Assembly (NCBI GenBank): GCA_963825195.1
Contig: CAWGSD010000002.1
Coordinates: forward strand, 1,308-65,307
Source of the DNA: an uncultured Acidobacteriota bacterium
Lineage (GTDB): Bacteria; Acidobacteriota; Terriglobia; Terriglobales; Acidobacteriaceae
Length of the DNA stretch: 64,000 nt
Direction of reading: 5' to 3'
The first letter of the stretch is position 1. Every line of letters begins with the position of its first letter. The position numbers and the translations under genes are program-made. Below the pieces are notes generated by a model, which saw only the letters and a program-made list of their open reading frames with translations, did no database searches and was not told where the DNA came from. Positions 48,545 to 59,453 of the stretch are shown piece after piece.

Positions 48545-49936
48545 GTGCGCAAATTACCCATCATCGCCGCGCTTTTATTGTTCGCGTGTACGATCGTGCG
48601 AGCCCAGGAAAGCCGAATACACGCCGACTTCCGCGGCGAAGGTGAGCGCTTCCACCAGTCCTGTGGAGAACCCTCACGCAAGAACCTTCCCTACTGCGTC
48701 GAACTCCTCTTCACCGACTTTCCTCTGCACATCGCGGTGGGCAGCATCGCTCCGCAAAATGGATTCGGCGCCGGCGTGGCCCTCGTCGATCACTGGACCC
48801 CCAATGAGAGCTGGCGGAATAGTTGGGACATCGACGCTGTCGGATCCAATAACGGATCGTGGCGCGCCGGCGGTTATCTCAACTTCGTCCACACGCCGGT
48901 TGAAAAGATCACGGTGATCACCACCAGCTCGGGTAAGCCGGCGCCCACACATTTGAGCGTGCATCCCTATCCGGTCTTCAATCTCTTCGCTCAGGCTATA
49001 TCGCTCAACACGCTCTACTATTACGGGCTCGGCCCCAACTCTCTCGAGGTCAACCGCTCCGCCTTCGGCATGACGGAGACTATCACCGGAGCCAACGCCA
49101 CTCTGCCTGTCTTTCGCGCTGCCGATGTCTCGCTTCTGGGTGAAATCAACGGTCGTTTCGTCGATCTGCGCAGCGACCACGGCCAGTCCAGTCCCTCGAT
49201 CGAGCAGGTCTTCACCGAAGCGACCGCGCCCGGCCTCACCAGTCAGCCTGCCTTCGCTCAGTTCGGGGAGGGCATCCGCATCGAGCCCACGCTTTTCAAC
49301 GACCACCTGCAGCTCGATTACCTCGCGCAGTTCCAGCAGTACGTCGCCGGTGACTCGCGCTACTCCTTCCGGCGATTCACTGCCGACATCAACCACACAT
49401 TCCCGCTGTATCGCAATTCAGGATCCTACGGGCCCCGCGCCTATAACGGACCCGACGACTGTTCCGCCAGTGTCACCAGCGCCAAATGCCCATCCATCCA
49501 GCGAAACCGCGAGGGTTCGATCGCCGTCCGCCTTTTCATCACCGAATCGATTGCCGGCAATGGCAGCAGCGTGCCTTTCTATTTTCAGCCCACGCTTGGC
49601 GGATCCGACGTCAATGGAAACTCCTGGCTCGCCAGTTACAACGACTACCGCTTCCGCGCACCCAATGCGATCCTGCTGCGCGAGAGCTTCGAGCATTCAA
49701 TCTGGGGACCGGTCGGCCTCACCTTTACCGCCGATCAGGGCAAGGTGGCGCTCACACGTGACAACATCGCCTTCGACCACCTGGCCCACAGCTTTTCTGC
49801 CGGGTTAACGATACGCGCCGGGGGGCTGCCCGCGCTGAGTCTTGGGTTCGCATGGGCCGGACCTGAGGGCGTACACACCATAGCGACCGTCAACCCGTCT
49901 CTGCTCGGCGGATCAGCCCGTCCTTCTATCTTTTGA
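48545..49936 (+). CDS. outer-membrane beta-barrel, Omp85/bacterial-surface-antigen-like, no POTRA region evident
   Basis: GTG 48545 lies 7 nt after AGGAG. Signal peptide. FYFQPTLGGSDVNGNSWLASYNDYRFRAP resembles the Omp85 barrel motif. C-terminal ...ARPSIF. Confidence 0.5.
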   Translation: MRKLPIIAALLLFACTIVRAQESRIHADFRGEGERFHQSCGEPSRKNLPYCVELLFTDFPLHIAVGSIAPQNGFGAGVALVDHWTPNESWRNSWDIDAVGSNNGSWRAGGYLNFVHTPVEKITVITTSSGKPAPTHLSVHPYPVFNLFAQAISLNTLYYYGLGPNSLEVNRSAFGMTETITGANATLPVFRAADVSLLGEINGRFVDLRSDHGQSSPSIEQVFTEATAPGLTSQPAFAQFGEGIRIEPTLFNDHLQLDYLAQFQQYVAGDSRYSFRRFTADINHTFPLYRNSGSYGPRAYNGPDDCSASVTSAKCPSIQRNREGSIAVRLFITESIAGNGSSVPFYFQPTLGGSDVNGNSWLASYNDYRFRAPNAILLRESFEHSIWGPVGLTFTADQGKVALTRDNIAFDHLAHSFSAGLTIRAGGLPALSLGFAWAGPEGVHTIATVNPSLLGGSARPSIF

Positions 49937-50190
49937 TGGAATGTACGGGAGCGATCGAGAAGATCATTCGGAGTTTCGAGGGTTGAGGGATTTGTCTTTC
50001 ATTCTGAATACTCAACGGGCGCACACCGTTCGGGGTTTCAGGTGGGGTGCGCAGAATCCCAATCCGCTTCTGCGTTATGGGTATCGTTCGGCGTGCCGGT
50101 TCCGGATGCCGGGGCGATCGTTCAGAAGGCGTTGCTGTCTCTCCTTCGGCATACGCAACTGGGGCCGGCTACCTTTCCAAAACTGAACAA

Positions 50191-52734
50191 TCAGTGCTGC
50201 GGCACATCCATTCCGTCATCTCCCTGATATCGCCGGTAGTCCTCGACCTGATAAGTAGTTTTGAAGGTACCCTTCACATTGACCTCGACACTCTGTAAGG
50301 CGGGCGTCCCATCCAGCCCGTCCACTCTGAGCTGAACCTTGAAGTCGCCATCGCGGGTATAGGCATGCGTGACTGCCGCGCCTTCCTCCTCCGTACCGTC
50401 ACCGAAGTCCCAGCTATAGCACAGGGCCGGCACACTGGCCTCTTTAATCAGCGCGCGGAACGCACCGCTCTGCCCCGCCTGCAGCGTCGTGGGCGCGTGC
50501 AGATCGATTGACGGAGCCGCCGGCGCAACAGCGTCATCGACAAGCCGGATGAGCCGAACGGAATGTGGCGCCTGTTCGTCGATCTGCAAACGGTCGCCGC
50601 TGATGTTCACTTTGCGTTCGGGGTGAAAGATGTCGGTGGCATCGATGCTGCCCTTTGCTGAGTAGCCCATCTCTCGCAGAGACAGCGTGTGGGAATTCGC
50701 TGTATCCGTCCAGTTAAAGACGACGAGCATCGACTGGCGCTCATCTTCGCGAAGAAAGAAGATGCTGGGTTGTCCATCTTCCGGCCGATAGGTCATAAGA
50801 TCCACTGGATTCATCGCGCGGCCCAGGCGGACAAGATGCAGCAGATCCTGATTCTTCAGAAGTGCGAGCCGCTCCGGCTGCGTTCCCAGGGTGGGCAAAT
50901 CATCGCCGATCTCGAACATGCCTCCGGCGATGGCAGCCAGAGCGACGGAAACCTCCGCCTCGTCCTGCGAGAGAGGAGCCTTCTGCGTATGCCAGGATTG
51001 ATCCGTGATCAGCTGCTTCGAAACCGTAAACGCATCCGGATCCGCCCGGTAGAAATTGCCGTTCATGTAATAGCGGGCGGCGATGCCGGTCGCGTCCTCG
51101 CGCATGCCCGCGTAGGAATGCCCGGTATCGGTGGAGATCCTGCCCAGGTCCGTATACCCGACCGCCGGCAGCATCGGACTTCCATCTTTGTCGAGCAAAA
51201 CATCCGGCCCAATCGCGTCGCGAATGATTCCGAGTCCAATCTGCTCCGCCTCGATCGCCGTCGTATTTGGCCGGTAGTGATACCCCTCGACGGCCGTGTC
51301 GTCCATGAAATCGGCCTTCAGATAACGTACATTCCACTTTTGTACCAGCGTTCGATACGTATCCCGCAGATAGGCCTGCGCGCCCGGATGGGTTGTATCG
51401 AGGACGAACAGTGGATCTCGACTGCCTTCCACAAAGCCGATCCGGATGGGCTTACCCGCAGCATCGTGCACCAGCCATTCCGGATGGTGCTGATAGACAT
51501 ACGCCCGCTCTGAGACCCGGAAGGGAGCGACCCACATCCCGAACTTCAGCCCCATCTCCGACACGTTGTAGCCAAGCTGACGGATTCCGTGCGGAAACAG
51601 CGTAGCGTTGGGGGTCGTCAACTCGCCATCCGCGTAAGCGTAGCCTTCGTCCACATGAAAAAGATCGTAGCCATAGGAACGCAGGTTCTTCTTCAGCCAC
51701 TCTGCGTTCGTCCGTGCTGTGCCTTCGGAGAGACCGAAATAATAGGCGGTCCAGCTCCACCAGCCCCAGGGAGCCGGCTGCTCGACCAACGCATGACGAA
51801 GCTGCCGCACCGCGTGCCCGTAGGCCTCAAGCTGCGCGTGGTAATCCTGGCCGGCCGCGAACATCACCTTTTCCGAGGCCAGTTCGGCGCCCGGCGCTAT
51901 CTCGAGGCTCAGCTCTACCTGCTGTTCCGGCGGCGAATCGTGGATCGACTCCTTCTTCATGACCTCTGTGGTGCCGGAGCAGTCGACGGCGTAAGAAGCG
52001 ACTCGCGCCTTTCCGCCTGCATCCAGGTGGGTTCCCAGGTGATACAAAGTTACCCACTTGTCTGCAGTCATCGCCGCCAGTAAGAGGCTGTAACCGCTGG
52101 TGCGGTTGTAGAGCAGCTGGCTCCCAACCGCAAAATGCACATCGGTCAGATCATTCGCATAGGAATCCTCTCCCTCGTAGCGGCGGGCTTTCCCAAGGTC
52201 GAAAATATGCAGCGGGGGACGATCTTCGCTAAAGCTGTCGGAGAGCACCCGGTCAGCGGATTCGGGCCCATGAAGATCGACCAAAGGCGAACCCACCATA
52301 TCCAGGACGCGAATGTCCTGCACGGTAACGGTCGCGCTGCCGCTGTTCTTCAGCTTCACCTGGACATCGCCGTAGGGCATTGCGTCATAGAGTTCCAGGG
52401 TGTAAGTCAGGTCAGGCTTCCCTGTCGCGCCGGATAAATCCACCTCGACCCTGTGCAACAGCCCGAGCGAATCCTGCGCAGCGGACACGGCAACGTGACG
52501 CGTCGGATAATCTGTGGACCAGAGCCACCGGTGATTGACCTCGGCACCTACGCGTGCAGCAAAAACCGGGGCATCAAGGCCAGCTGCCTGTACGGAAAAA
52601 GCAGCATTCTCCGATTGCAGATTGACGGTCAGGGACTGGTTGCGCAGGGTTGCGGCCCCGGGAGCCTGTGAGGAGCATGGGATCGCTCCCGATCCCAGCA
52701 GAGCGAAGGCGACCACGCGGCCGATGTACCTCAT
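50191..52734 (-). CDS. secreted glycoside hydrolase, clan GH-D (alpha-galactosidase/melibiase-like) with C-terminal PKD domain
   Basis: ATG 52734 follows GGAGG. FHVDEGYAY, GLKFGMWVAPF and VRYLKADFMDD motifs. PKD-like WDFGDGT...HAY. Confidence 0.65.
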   Translation of the reverse strand: MRYIGRVVAFALLGSGAIPCSSQAPGAATLRNQSLTVNLQSENAAFSVQAAGLDAPVFAARVGAEVNHRWLWSTDYPTRHVAVSAAQDSLGLLHRVEVDLSGATGKPDLTYTLELYDAMPYGDVQVKLKNSGSATVTVQDIRVLDMVGSPLVDLHGPESADRVLSDSFSEDRPPLHIFDLGKARRYEGEDSYANDLTDVHFAVGSQLLYNRTSGYSLLLAAMTADKWVTLYHLGTHLDAGGKARVASYAVDCSGTTEVMKKESIHDSPPEQQVELSLEIAPGAELASEKVMFAAGQDYHAQLEAYGHAVRQLRHALVEQPAPWGWWSWTAYYFGLSEGTARTNAEWLKKNLRSYGYDLFHVDEGYAYADGELTTPNATLFPHGIRQLGYNVSEMGLKFGMWVAPFRVSERAYVYQHHPEWLVHDAAGKPIRIGFVEGSRDPLFVLDTTHPGAQAYLRDTYRTLVQKWNVRYLKADFMDDTAVEGYHYRPNTTAIEAEQIGLGIIRDAIGPDVLLDKDGSPMLPAVGYTDLGRISTDTGHSYAGMREDATGIAARYYMNGNFYRADPDAFTVSKQLITDQSWHTQKAPLSQDEAEVSVALAAIAGGMFEIGDDLPTLGTQPERLALLKNQDLLHLVRLGRAMNPVDLMTYRPEDGQPSIFFLREDERQSMLVVFNWTDTANSHTLSLREMGYSAKGSIDATDIFHPERKVNISGDRLQIDEQAPHSVRLIRLVDDAVAPAAPSIDLHAPTTLQAGQSGAFRALIKEASVPALCYSWDFGDGTEEEGAAVTHAYTRDGDFKVQLRVDGLDGTPALQSVEVNVKGTFKTTYQVEDYRRYQGDDGMDVPQH

Positions 52735-52834
52735 GCAAAAACCTCCTCTTTCTTCTACGGCATCCGGGACCGGCATAGTCGCGGATTTGCCCTCGTCGTT
52801 CCCATTGCGAATCGTATTGAGCAGATGCAGCCGG

Positions 52835-55155
52835 CTAGAAGACCGCCTTGAGCGCCATTTGCAGAATGCGCGGACTCTGCGCCGACGTAATCTGCCCGAA
52901 GCTGCTGTCGGTCAATCCGCTGTCCGGCAGCCCGAAATTGACGTTGTTGAATACGTTGTAGAACTCGGCCCTGAACTGAAGCGTCACACGCTCGTTGAGC
53001 GCCGTGTCCTTGAGCAGAGCTGCGTCGGTATCGAAGTAGCGGGGACCGCGCAGGTCGTTCTTTCCCGAATTTCCAAATGTGCCGATTGCGTTGGCAACAA
53101 AGTCGGCTGTGTTGAACCACTCGTTGATGAGTGCAGCATGCGACCGCGATGTGCTCAGCACCGCCTTGTGCAAGTCCGGCGATACCAGGTCCGCACGGTC
53201 CGCCCCAATTGCGCTGAAGGAGTTGTCGTCGTCGCTGAAGATGGTGAAAGGGAACCCGGTCTGCCAGTCTGCAGAGCCGGTGAGGCTCCAGCCGTTGGCC
53301 AGGCGGCCGCCGATTCCTGTCCAGTGGAGCTGCGGCAGCGTGTAATCGCCGGAGAGCCTCGCGATCTTATTCAGGTCCCCCGCGTCCGGGCCATAATCGA
53401 AATACCGTCCGCAGGTGCAGGAATTCGTCCCTGCATAGCCCGGTTCGCCGTTGGGCCCGAAGTCGTTCAGAGCGCGGGACCAGGTGAAGTTGGCGAGAAG
53501 CGAAAGCCCGCGGCTGAAGCGCCGCTCGCCCGTCAGCTGCAGCGCGTGGTAGTTACTGTTGACCCCGGAGTTAATTGAATTGATAAACCCAAACGACGGG
53601 TACTTGCGGCGCTGCTGGGTATTTGCCTCGGTGGACTGTCCTGGGATATAGATCGCCGGATTCAGCTGCAGAAGCCCTGCCTCCTGATCCCCGGTTCCGC
53701 TCAGATGGCTTGCCTTGTTTCCAAGATACGCGCCACGTACCAGCCAGTTAGCGCCGATCCCCCGCTCCAGAGTCAGGTTCCAGGTGAGAACCTGCGGCAG
53801 CCGGAAATGCCGGTCGAAGATCTGCGTGAAGGAAATGTTCTGCGGAAAAGTGGCGTTCGCTCCCGGATTTGTCGGCCCGAACTGGGATGGAAACGGATTG
53901 GCTACACCGCCGCTCCCATAAGGATCTGTGAGGTTCACATCGGTCAGATTGACGATGGGCGCAAAGGGCGGAATCCCAACCACATCTTCGAACGCGACCG
54001 TATTCGGCGGTTCGTAATAGTATCCTGCTCCGCCGCGGAGGCTGGTCTTTCCGTCCGCGGTCAGACGTGACGCGAAGCCAAGACGCGGACCAAGATTGCT
54101 CAGGTTGTCATATATCGACGATGCAGGGCACCCCTGATCGTGATGGTTCCCGCCAAAGATCACGCCTGCCGGTGCATTGGGATAGCGTACGGACTGGCTC
54201 CCCGGCACAAAACATGCAACACGCCCTTCGCTGTCTTTGTAGGGGATGAACGGATCCCAGCGGAGACCGGCGCTTATGGTGAGACGCGGGCTCACCTTCC
54301 AGTCATCCTGCACGAAGGCGCTCCAGTCGATGCCGGTGAAATTCAGATAAAGTCCGCCACCCTGAGTGAACGAAGAGAGCGTGCCCAGCATGAAGTCGGC
54401 AACGTTATCGCCGGAGAGGCTGTTATCGAAAGAGAAGATGCCGTTGGCCTGGTAAATGTTCCCCATGGGAGCGCGAATCCGCTTGGCCTCTCCCCCGAAC
54501 TGGATCTCATGATTGCCTCGCGTCAGCGTCGCCACTTCGCGCAGAGACTGATCGCCGCGATTCCATTCCCCCACCGCACCCAGCTGAGCTGCGATATCGA
54601 AGTTACCGCCCACATACAGGTTAAGCGGTGGCTTGAAGTTTGTGGGCTGCGCGATTTGTACCCCCGCATCGGCCATGTTGAATGGAGCGGCCGAGAGAGT
54701 ATCGCCGTTCTGGCTCGTATAGCCGAAATAGCTGCTCAGCAGTATCCGATCGGAGATGGTGTACATATCCACAACGCTGATATTTTTGAGGGTCAGACTC
54801 TGCGGGGCTTCGGTGTTGCCGGCAAGAACATTGGAGGCCGGGGGCAGGATGACTGGTCCACGGTCAGTTCATAGCTGCCGACCGGAAGGCTGGGAAACAG
54901 GTAGGCACCGTCGCCACCGGTACTGAGAGTCTGCCGGTATTCCGAAGTTGTCTCCCGGACTGTGACTTTCGCCCCGGGAATAGCCGAGCCGGTATTGTCA
55001 GTCACGTTTCCACCAAGGCGCGCGGTCGTGAACTGAGCGAACGCTCTGTTGGTCCCAAGCATCCCCGCGGCGAAGGCAAGGAGCAGGAGAATTGACGGCA
55101 GCGTTCTGCTGCTAACTAAAAATCGTTCGACTGTGCGACAACTCATAATCCGCAT
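52835..55155 (-). pseudogene. TonB-dependent receptor (CarboxypepD_reg type) lacking the plug/early barrel, with a frame break near 54775-54860
   Basis: ORF 54793..55155 gives the signal peptide and GGNVTDNTGSAIPGAKVTV...GAYLFPSLPVGSYELTV. ORF 52835..54772 gives only the mid and C-terminal barrel, ending ...ILQMALKAVF. The total of about 773 aa compares with 1000-1200 aa for typical members. Confidence 0.7.
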
Positions 55156-55429
55156 ATCCGCCTCCTGAATTGCTCGACCGCCGTCATTACCGGCGAAAGC
55201 TCGACTGCGATATTCCTGGTACGTGTGCGCGTGTAATGGCCCGCAGATCGGGTAACAACGGAGGCAGTCCTGGCCGAGGATCAGCAGGCGGAGGACGCAG
55301 TCACTGCGAGTCCCGCTGATTCAGGTTAACCGTTTCACCCCAGTGAGAAGCTATTTCATCGTCTTCTTACCTGTTTGTCAAGTCGTTTTCACAGCAGCAG
55401 CGGAAGGCCGCGGTTTGCAGCCGCCTCGC

Positions 55430-56792
55430 TTAAGAAGCCTGCTCCGCCGGAATCTCGAAGTTCACCAGCTCGCTGCGGAATCCCCGCGTATTCCAGGCGC
55501 CATACGCTATGCCTGCGGCCATCCACAGCGTTCCCATCAGCTTGGCGTGCCAACTCAGGCTCAGCCACAGCAGCAGGCAGATGAAGAATCCAGCGGCCGG
55601 CATCAGAAGATTGGACAGCGTTCTTTCCCTTCTCCTGACAAAGTAATGGAAGAACGCGGCGCAGTTTACTCCCATAAACGCGAGCAGGGCCCCGAAGTTC
55701 AGCAGTTCCACACTCTGTTCGAAGTTGAGGGCCACGGCTCCCATCAGCGCAATCGCTGCGACAAAGAGCACGTTATTTCGCGGAACCTGCGAGGCCGGGT
55801 GGATCGCGCCGAAGAATCGTTTTGGAATAGCATTGCTTCGACCCATTCCATACAACAGCCGCGCTGCGCCCAGTTGCGCGCCCATGCCGGAGCCGACCGT
55901 TGCGACGAGCAGTGTCAGGTTGATGAGAGAGAAAAGCCAGGGGCCCGCGGCGCGTCCCGCCACATAGACAAAAGCGGTGTCGACATCCGGGAAAGGCTGG
56001 GACGAAGGCCAGATCAGCTGGGCCGCGTAGACTTCAATACCGGCCAGCAGCCCGGTGAGGAGACAGACCAGGACGGTTGCGAGCAGAATGTTGCGGCCGG
56101 GGATTTCTCACCTCTTCGGATAAGGTCGATATGCCGTCGAAACCGATGTAGGTGAGCACCGCGAGCGAGGTTCCGCCGAGGATAGCGTGCGTCGAGAAGG
56201 TATGCGGATCGAAGAAAGGCCTTGTGAAGAAGCCCGCCTGTGCGTGCGGGAGCAGATGAACGTAGCGCGCGGCCGCCACGAGGAAGATCACGATGACCAC
56301 GCTCATGGCTGCCATGAGGAGGGTATTGATGCGGGCCGAAGTCTGAATGCCGCGCAGATTCAGCAGCGTGAAGAAAAGAACGAAAACGACAACCCATACG
56401 AAATAGGGAACGCCAGGGACGAAGTTCAGCGCGAATTTGCTGCACAGGATCGTACAAACCAGGGGATTGAGCATGTAGTCCATGGCCATGCTCCAGCCGG
56501 TCACATAACCCAGAATGGGGTGGAGTTCCCTGCCCACGTAGGTGAATGCCGAACCGGCGCTGGGATAGACGCGCGCCATTCGGCCATAACTCACGGCAGT
56601 GAAGAGCATCGCTACCATCGCGATCAGCACGACCGTGACAGCATGTCCGTGTGCGCGGAGCGTCATCACGCCATAGACCGGCATGGGCGCGGTGGGCTGG
56701 ATGACGACGAGCCCGTAGAGGATCAGGTCCCACAAGCCGAGGGCCCGACGGAGCTGCGGCGCGTTTGCGGCGGGTGCAGAGGAACTCGGCAT
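55430..56792 (-). pseudogene. APC-family amino acid/polyamine permease (PuuP-like), one frame break at GGGG 56099-56102
   Basis: ORFs 56034..56831 and 55430..55963 join as ...STLSEEV.NPGRNILLATVLVC... when one base of the run is removed. Confidence 0.8.
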
Positions 56793-56855
56793 GGGATGAA
56801 ATTTCCTTTCGTCATTCCGCCCGAACTGCAAGATTGCGTACCAGCGTGTATCCGA

Positions 56856-58061
56856 TCACGAGCCCCGGCAATGTTGGGAGCTCCGTTCTTCGCCGGCTTG
56901 CTCTGGCTGCTCGTTATGGATTTCGGTACCGTTCGCGGCATAATTTTCCGGAGGCAGGGCGGATGCGACATGCTGCCGGCTTCCCTGCTCGAGCGGCAGA
57001 GGGTGGTCTCGATTCGTGGCAAATTCCCGCAGCGCCTGGACGCTGAACTCCGGATGGATAGTATGCGGCGAGGTCAGGCTGAAAGCTGCGACCAGCAATC
57101 CAAGATCGATTGCCGATCGATTGCTCTTCTGACCGCTGTGCTCCTGCGTTCCGCCGACGAGAGGCAGACCGAAGACCAATCCGGCAATCACGCCTCCGAG
57201 CAGGGCGTCACCAGCGCCGGCGGAAGAGATCACCTCACCGGGCAAAGCGGCATGATGCGACCACGCGCCCCGATCGCAGACATCCACGCCGTCGGGCCCG
57301 GAGCTAACGATCAAGTGGATCGCGGGATTGGCGTCAATCGCCACGCGCAGGCAGGCATCCAGCACCTGCTGCAGCTCCGCGCTGCTCTCCACGCCACCCA
57401 GCGCCGCTGCTTCTTCACGGTTGAGGGCGAGCAGGTCGACCCGCGCGAGCAGCTGAAGGCTGCGCACCGCCTCCATCTCGCCAGCGAGAAACGATGCGAT
57501 GCGATAGTTGCGACAGCCGGTGGCGATGCGCAGGAATTCGTTGCGCGCCTCCAGCGGAACCTCGGGGAGGCAAAGAGCGACGGCCCTGGGTCCCGCGGCG
57601 GCGAGTTCGGTGCGGCACCGATCGAGCTGCGCGCTTCCCAGTTCTGCAGCGGCAGAATTGGAGATAGTGATGTTTCCGCCCGACTTGTCGGGATAAAGGA
57701 AGCTCAGACTGAAGAGAGTTTTGCGCTCCGGCTCAACGCGAACGCAGGCGGTGTCGATGCCGGCGTCCGCCATTTCGCGCAGCAGGGCCGTGCCCGCATC
57801 GTCGCAGCCGACATTGCCAACCGCCATGACGCGGCAGGCGCCGCCGCCACCCTCGCCGCCCAGGAGCAGGGCGACGTAGTGTTCGACAATGTGCAGTTTG
57901 CAGTAGTCCCGCGCATCGAGAAGACGTCCCATCCTGCTTTCGGTTCGTCCCAGCGTATCGTCGCCATCGAGCTCGACGATGGTACCGGTGCCGATGCCGC
58001 CCACACCGATCACATGGGAGAAGCGGGTGCGGCAGGGATGGGACTGCGCTCTGTCGCTCAC
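56856..58061 (-). CDS. PfkB-family carbohydrate kinase with C-terminal extension
   Basis: 401 aa. VIGVGGIG, SSAGAGDALLGGVIAG. 4-nt overlap with the upstream gene. Confidence 0.75.
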   Translation of the reverse strand: MSDRAQSHPCRTRFSHVIGVGGIGTGTIVELDGDDTLGRTESRMGRLLDARDYCKLHIVEHYVALLLGGEGGGGACRVMAVGNVGCDDAGTALLREMADAGIDTACVRVEPERKTLFSLSFLYPDKSGGNITISNSAAAELGSAQLDRCRTELAAAGPRAVALCLPEVPLEARNEFLRIATGCRNYRIASFLAGEMEAVRSLQLLARVDLLALNREEAAALGGVESSAELQQVLDACLRVAIDANPAIHLIVSSGPDGVDVCDRGAWSHHAALPGEVISSAGAGDALLGGVIAGLVFGLPLVGGTQEHSGQKSNRSAIDLGLLVAAFSLTSPHTIHPEFSVQALREFATNRDHPLPLEQGSRQHVASALPPENYAANGTEIHNEQPEQAGEERSSQHCRGS

Positions 58062-58939
58062 AGGAGCTCCCAGTCTGCGTTTTCGCTGATGGGATGACGC
58101 GCTGTTTCACGCGTGGCCGTGATGCGGGCATCGGGATGCGTCTGCAACAGGGTCATCGGGTATTCGGCAACCGGGTCGCTGAAGAGCGCGACGCGCAGAG
58201 CGGTCTGCTTCCACGCGCCAGTATCGCTGTACACGCGCACCCGCTTAGCGGAGAGGCATTCGCGAATGCCAAGCGTGATCGACATGGGAGGCACGAACTG
58301 GTATGCCGCGCCAAAGCTGCGCTGCGCAAGCGTAACAATGGTGTCGATATTGTTGTCCTGAATGCGGATGGTACTGTCGGCGATCTCACGGATGGTGGGG
58401 TGATGGAAAGGATGGCGTCGCGCCTGGTTATACGCGATATGCCCATCCTGCCCCCAGCCGCCGACCGTAATGTCGATCGGAGCAGCCTCGATCGCCGCTT
58501 TCACCCGCTGCATCGTGGCCGGCGTCAGCCAGTAGCGCAGTTCTTCCGGAACCGCAAGATCCGGGTGAATATCTCCGTAGAAATACTTTTCCATAAAGGT
58601 GCGGAAATTATACGGATGGTTGTGCGGCAGCAGCTGTCCCTGCCAGTCCAGGCACTCATCCATGTGGAACACATGCAGTTGGCGCAGCGAGAGGGAGCGC
58701 CGATTGACCAGGTCCGCAAAGAGCGCGTACCAGCATTTGGGCCCACAGGGGATGATGGCACGCGTCGGCAGGCCTTTGCGCGTATTGTCCTCGATGACCT
58801 CGGCGAGCTCTTCCGCCATGAGCTGCCCCATCTCCTCGGAGTCGACAACCTGCCGATAGGGCACCCGCAGGGCAGGATGGGAGGGCAGTTCGTCGACCGG
58901 AATCCTGCACCACTCGAAGAAGTTGGGCCCGGTCGACAA
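58058..58939 (-). CDS. glucosamine-6-phosphate deaminase/isomerase (NagB/6-phosphogluconolactonase superfamily)-like protein
   Basis: 293 aa. FHMDEC and GGWGQDGHIAYN (compare GIGxDGHIAFNEP). Confidence 0.7.
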   Translation of the reverse strand: MSTGPNFFEWCRIPVDELPSHPALRVPYRQVVDSEEMGQLMAEELAEVIEDNTRKGLPTRAIIPCGPKCWYALFADLVNRRSLSLRQLHVFHMDECLDWQGQLLPHNHPYNFRTFMEKYFYGDIHPDLAVPEELRYWLTPATMQRVKAAIEAAPIDITVGGWGQDGHIAYNQARRHPFHHPTIREIADSTIRIQDNNIDTIVTLAQRSFGAAYQFVPPMSITLGIRECLSAKRVRVYSDTGAWKQTALRVALFSDPVAEYPMTLLQTHPDARITATRETARHPISENADWELL

Positions 58940-58981
58940 AGTCGCTGCCTTGCAGGGGGGTAACTGTTGAATGCGTCATAT

Positions 58982-59293
58982 CTATAGATCCAGCACCTTG
59001 TAGATTTCCGTGTGTGACTTGAGCAGATACGGAGATTGCTGCTCGAAAAGAGCTGTGTGCATCGGGTCATCGGCCAGCCTGGTGAGAGCCGCCTGGACCT
59101 CTGCGAGAGAAGCGCACTCGCACTCCCAGATCAGCGTGTTGGTTGGCTCGCCTCCGGACACCGGCTGATAACGCCTTCCCTGGGGAAGGTGGGGCGAGTT
59201 GCGTTCCAGCTCCTGAAAGCGGGCTTCGAGTTCCAGGAACGCCCGGCCAGCGGACGGCTGGTATTGCTGGATGAACCTCAACAGGTAAGACAT
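58982..59293 (-). CDS. small hypothetical protein (ferredoxin-like/NIPSNAP-like impression)
   Basis: 103-aa ORF at the head of the operon. No recognised family. Confidence 0.45.
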   Translation of the reverse strand: MSYLLRFIQQYQPSAGRAFLELEARFQELERNSPHLPQGRRYQPVSGGEPTNTLIWECECASLAEVQAALTRLADDPMHTALFEQQSPYLLKSHTEIYKVLDL

Positions 59294-59372
59294 GCTTTGC
59301 GTTTGACCTTTCAGCAGACGTGGCTGGCTAACAGGGCTTCTCTCCTCGAAGGAGGGGAGCTGGTACCTGTTG

Positions 59373-59388
59373 GGTTAAATGTTTAACC
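59373..59388. promoter_or_regulatory. 16-bp palindrome, candidate LacI-family operator O1, overlapping the -10 region downstream of a perfect TTGACA (59408-59403, minus)
   Basis: GGTTAAATGTTTAACC (7/8 symmetric pairs). Confidence 0.55.
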
Positions 59389-59453
59389 TCGGGCCCGGGT
59401 CCTGTCAAGGACCGTCTTGTGCGGCCCGTGTTCGCAGACCGTCAACCGTCGCC

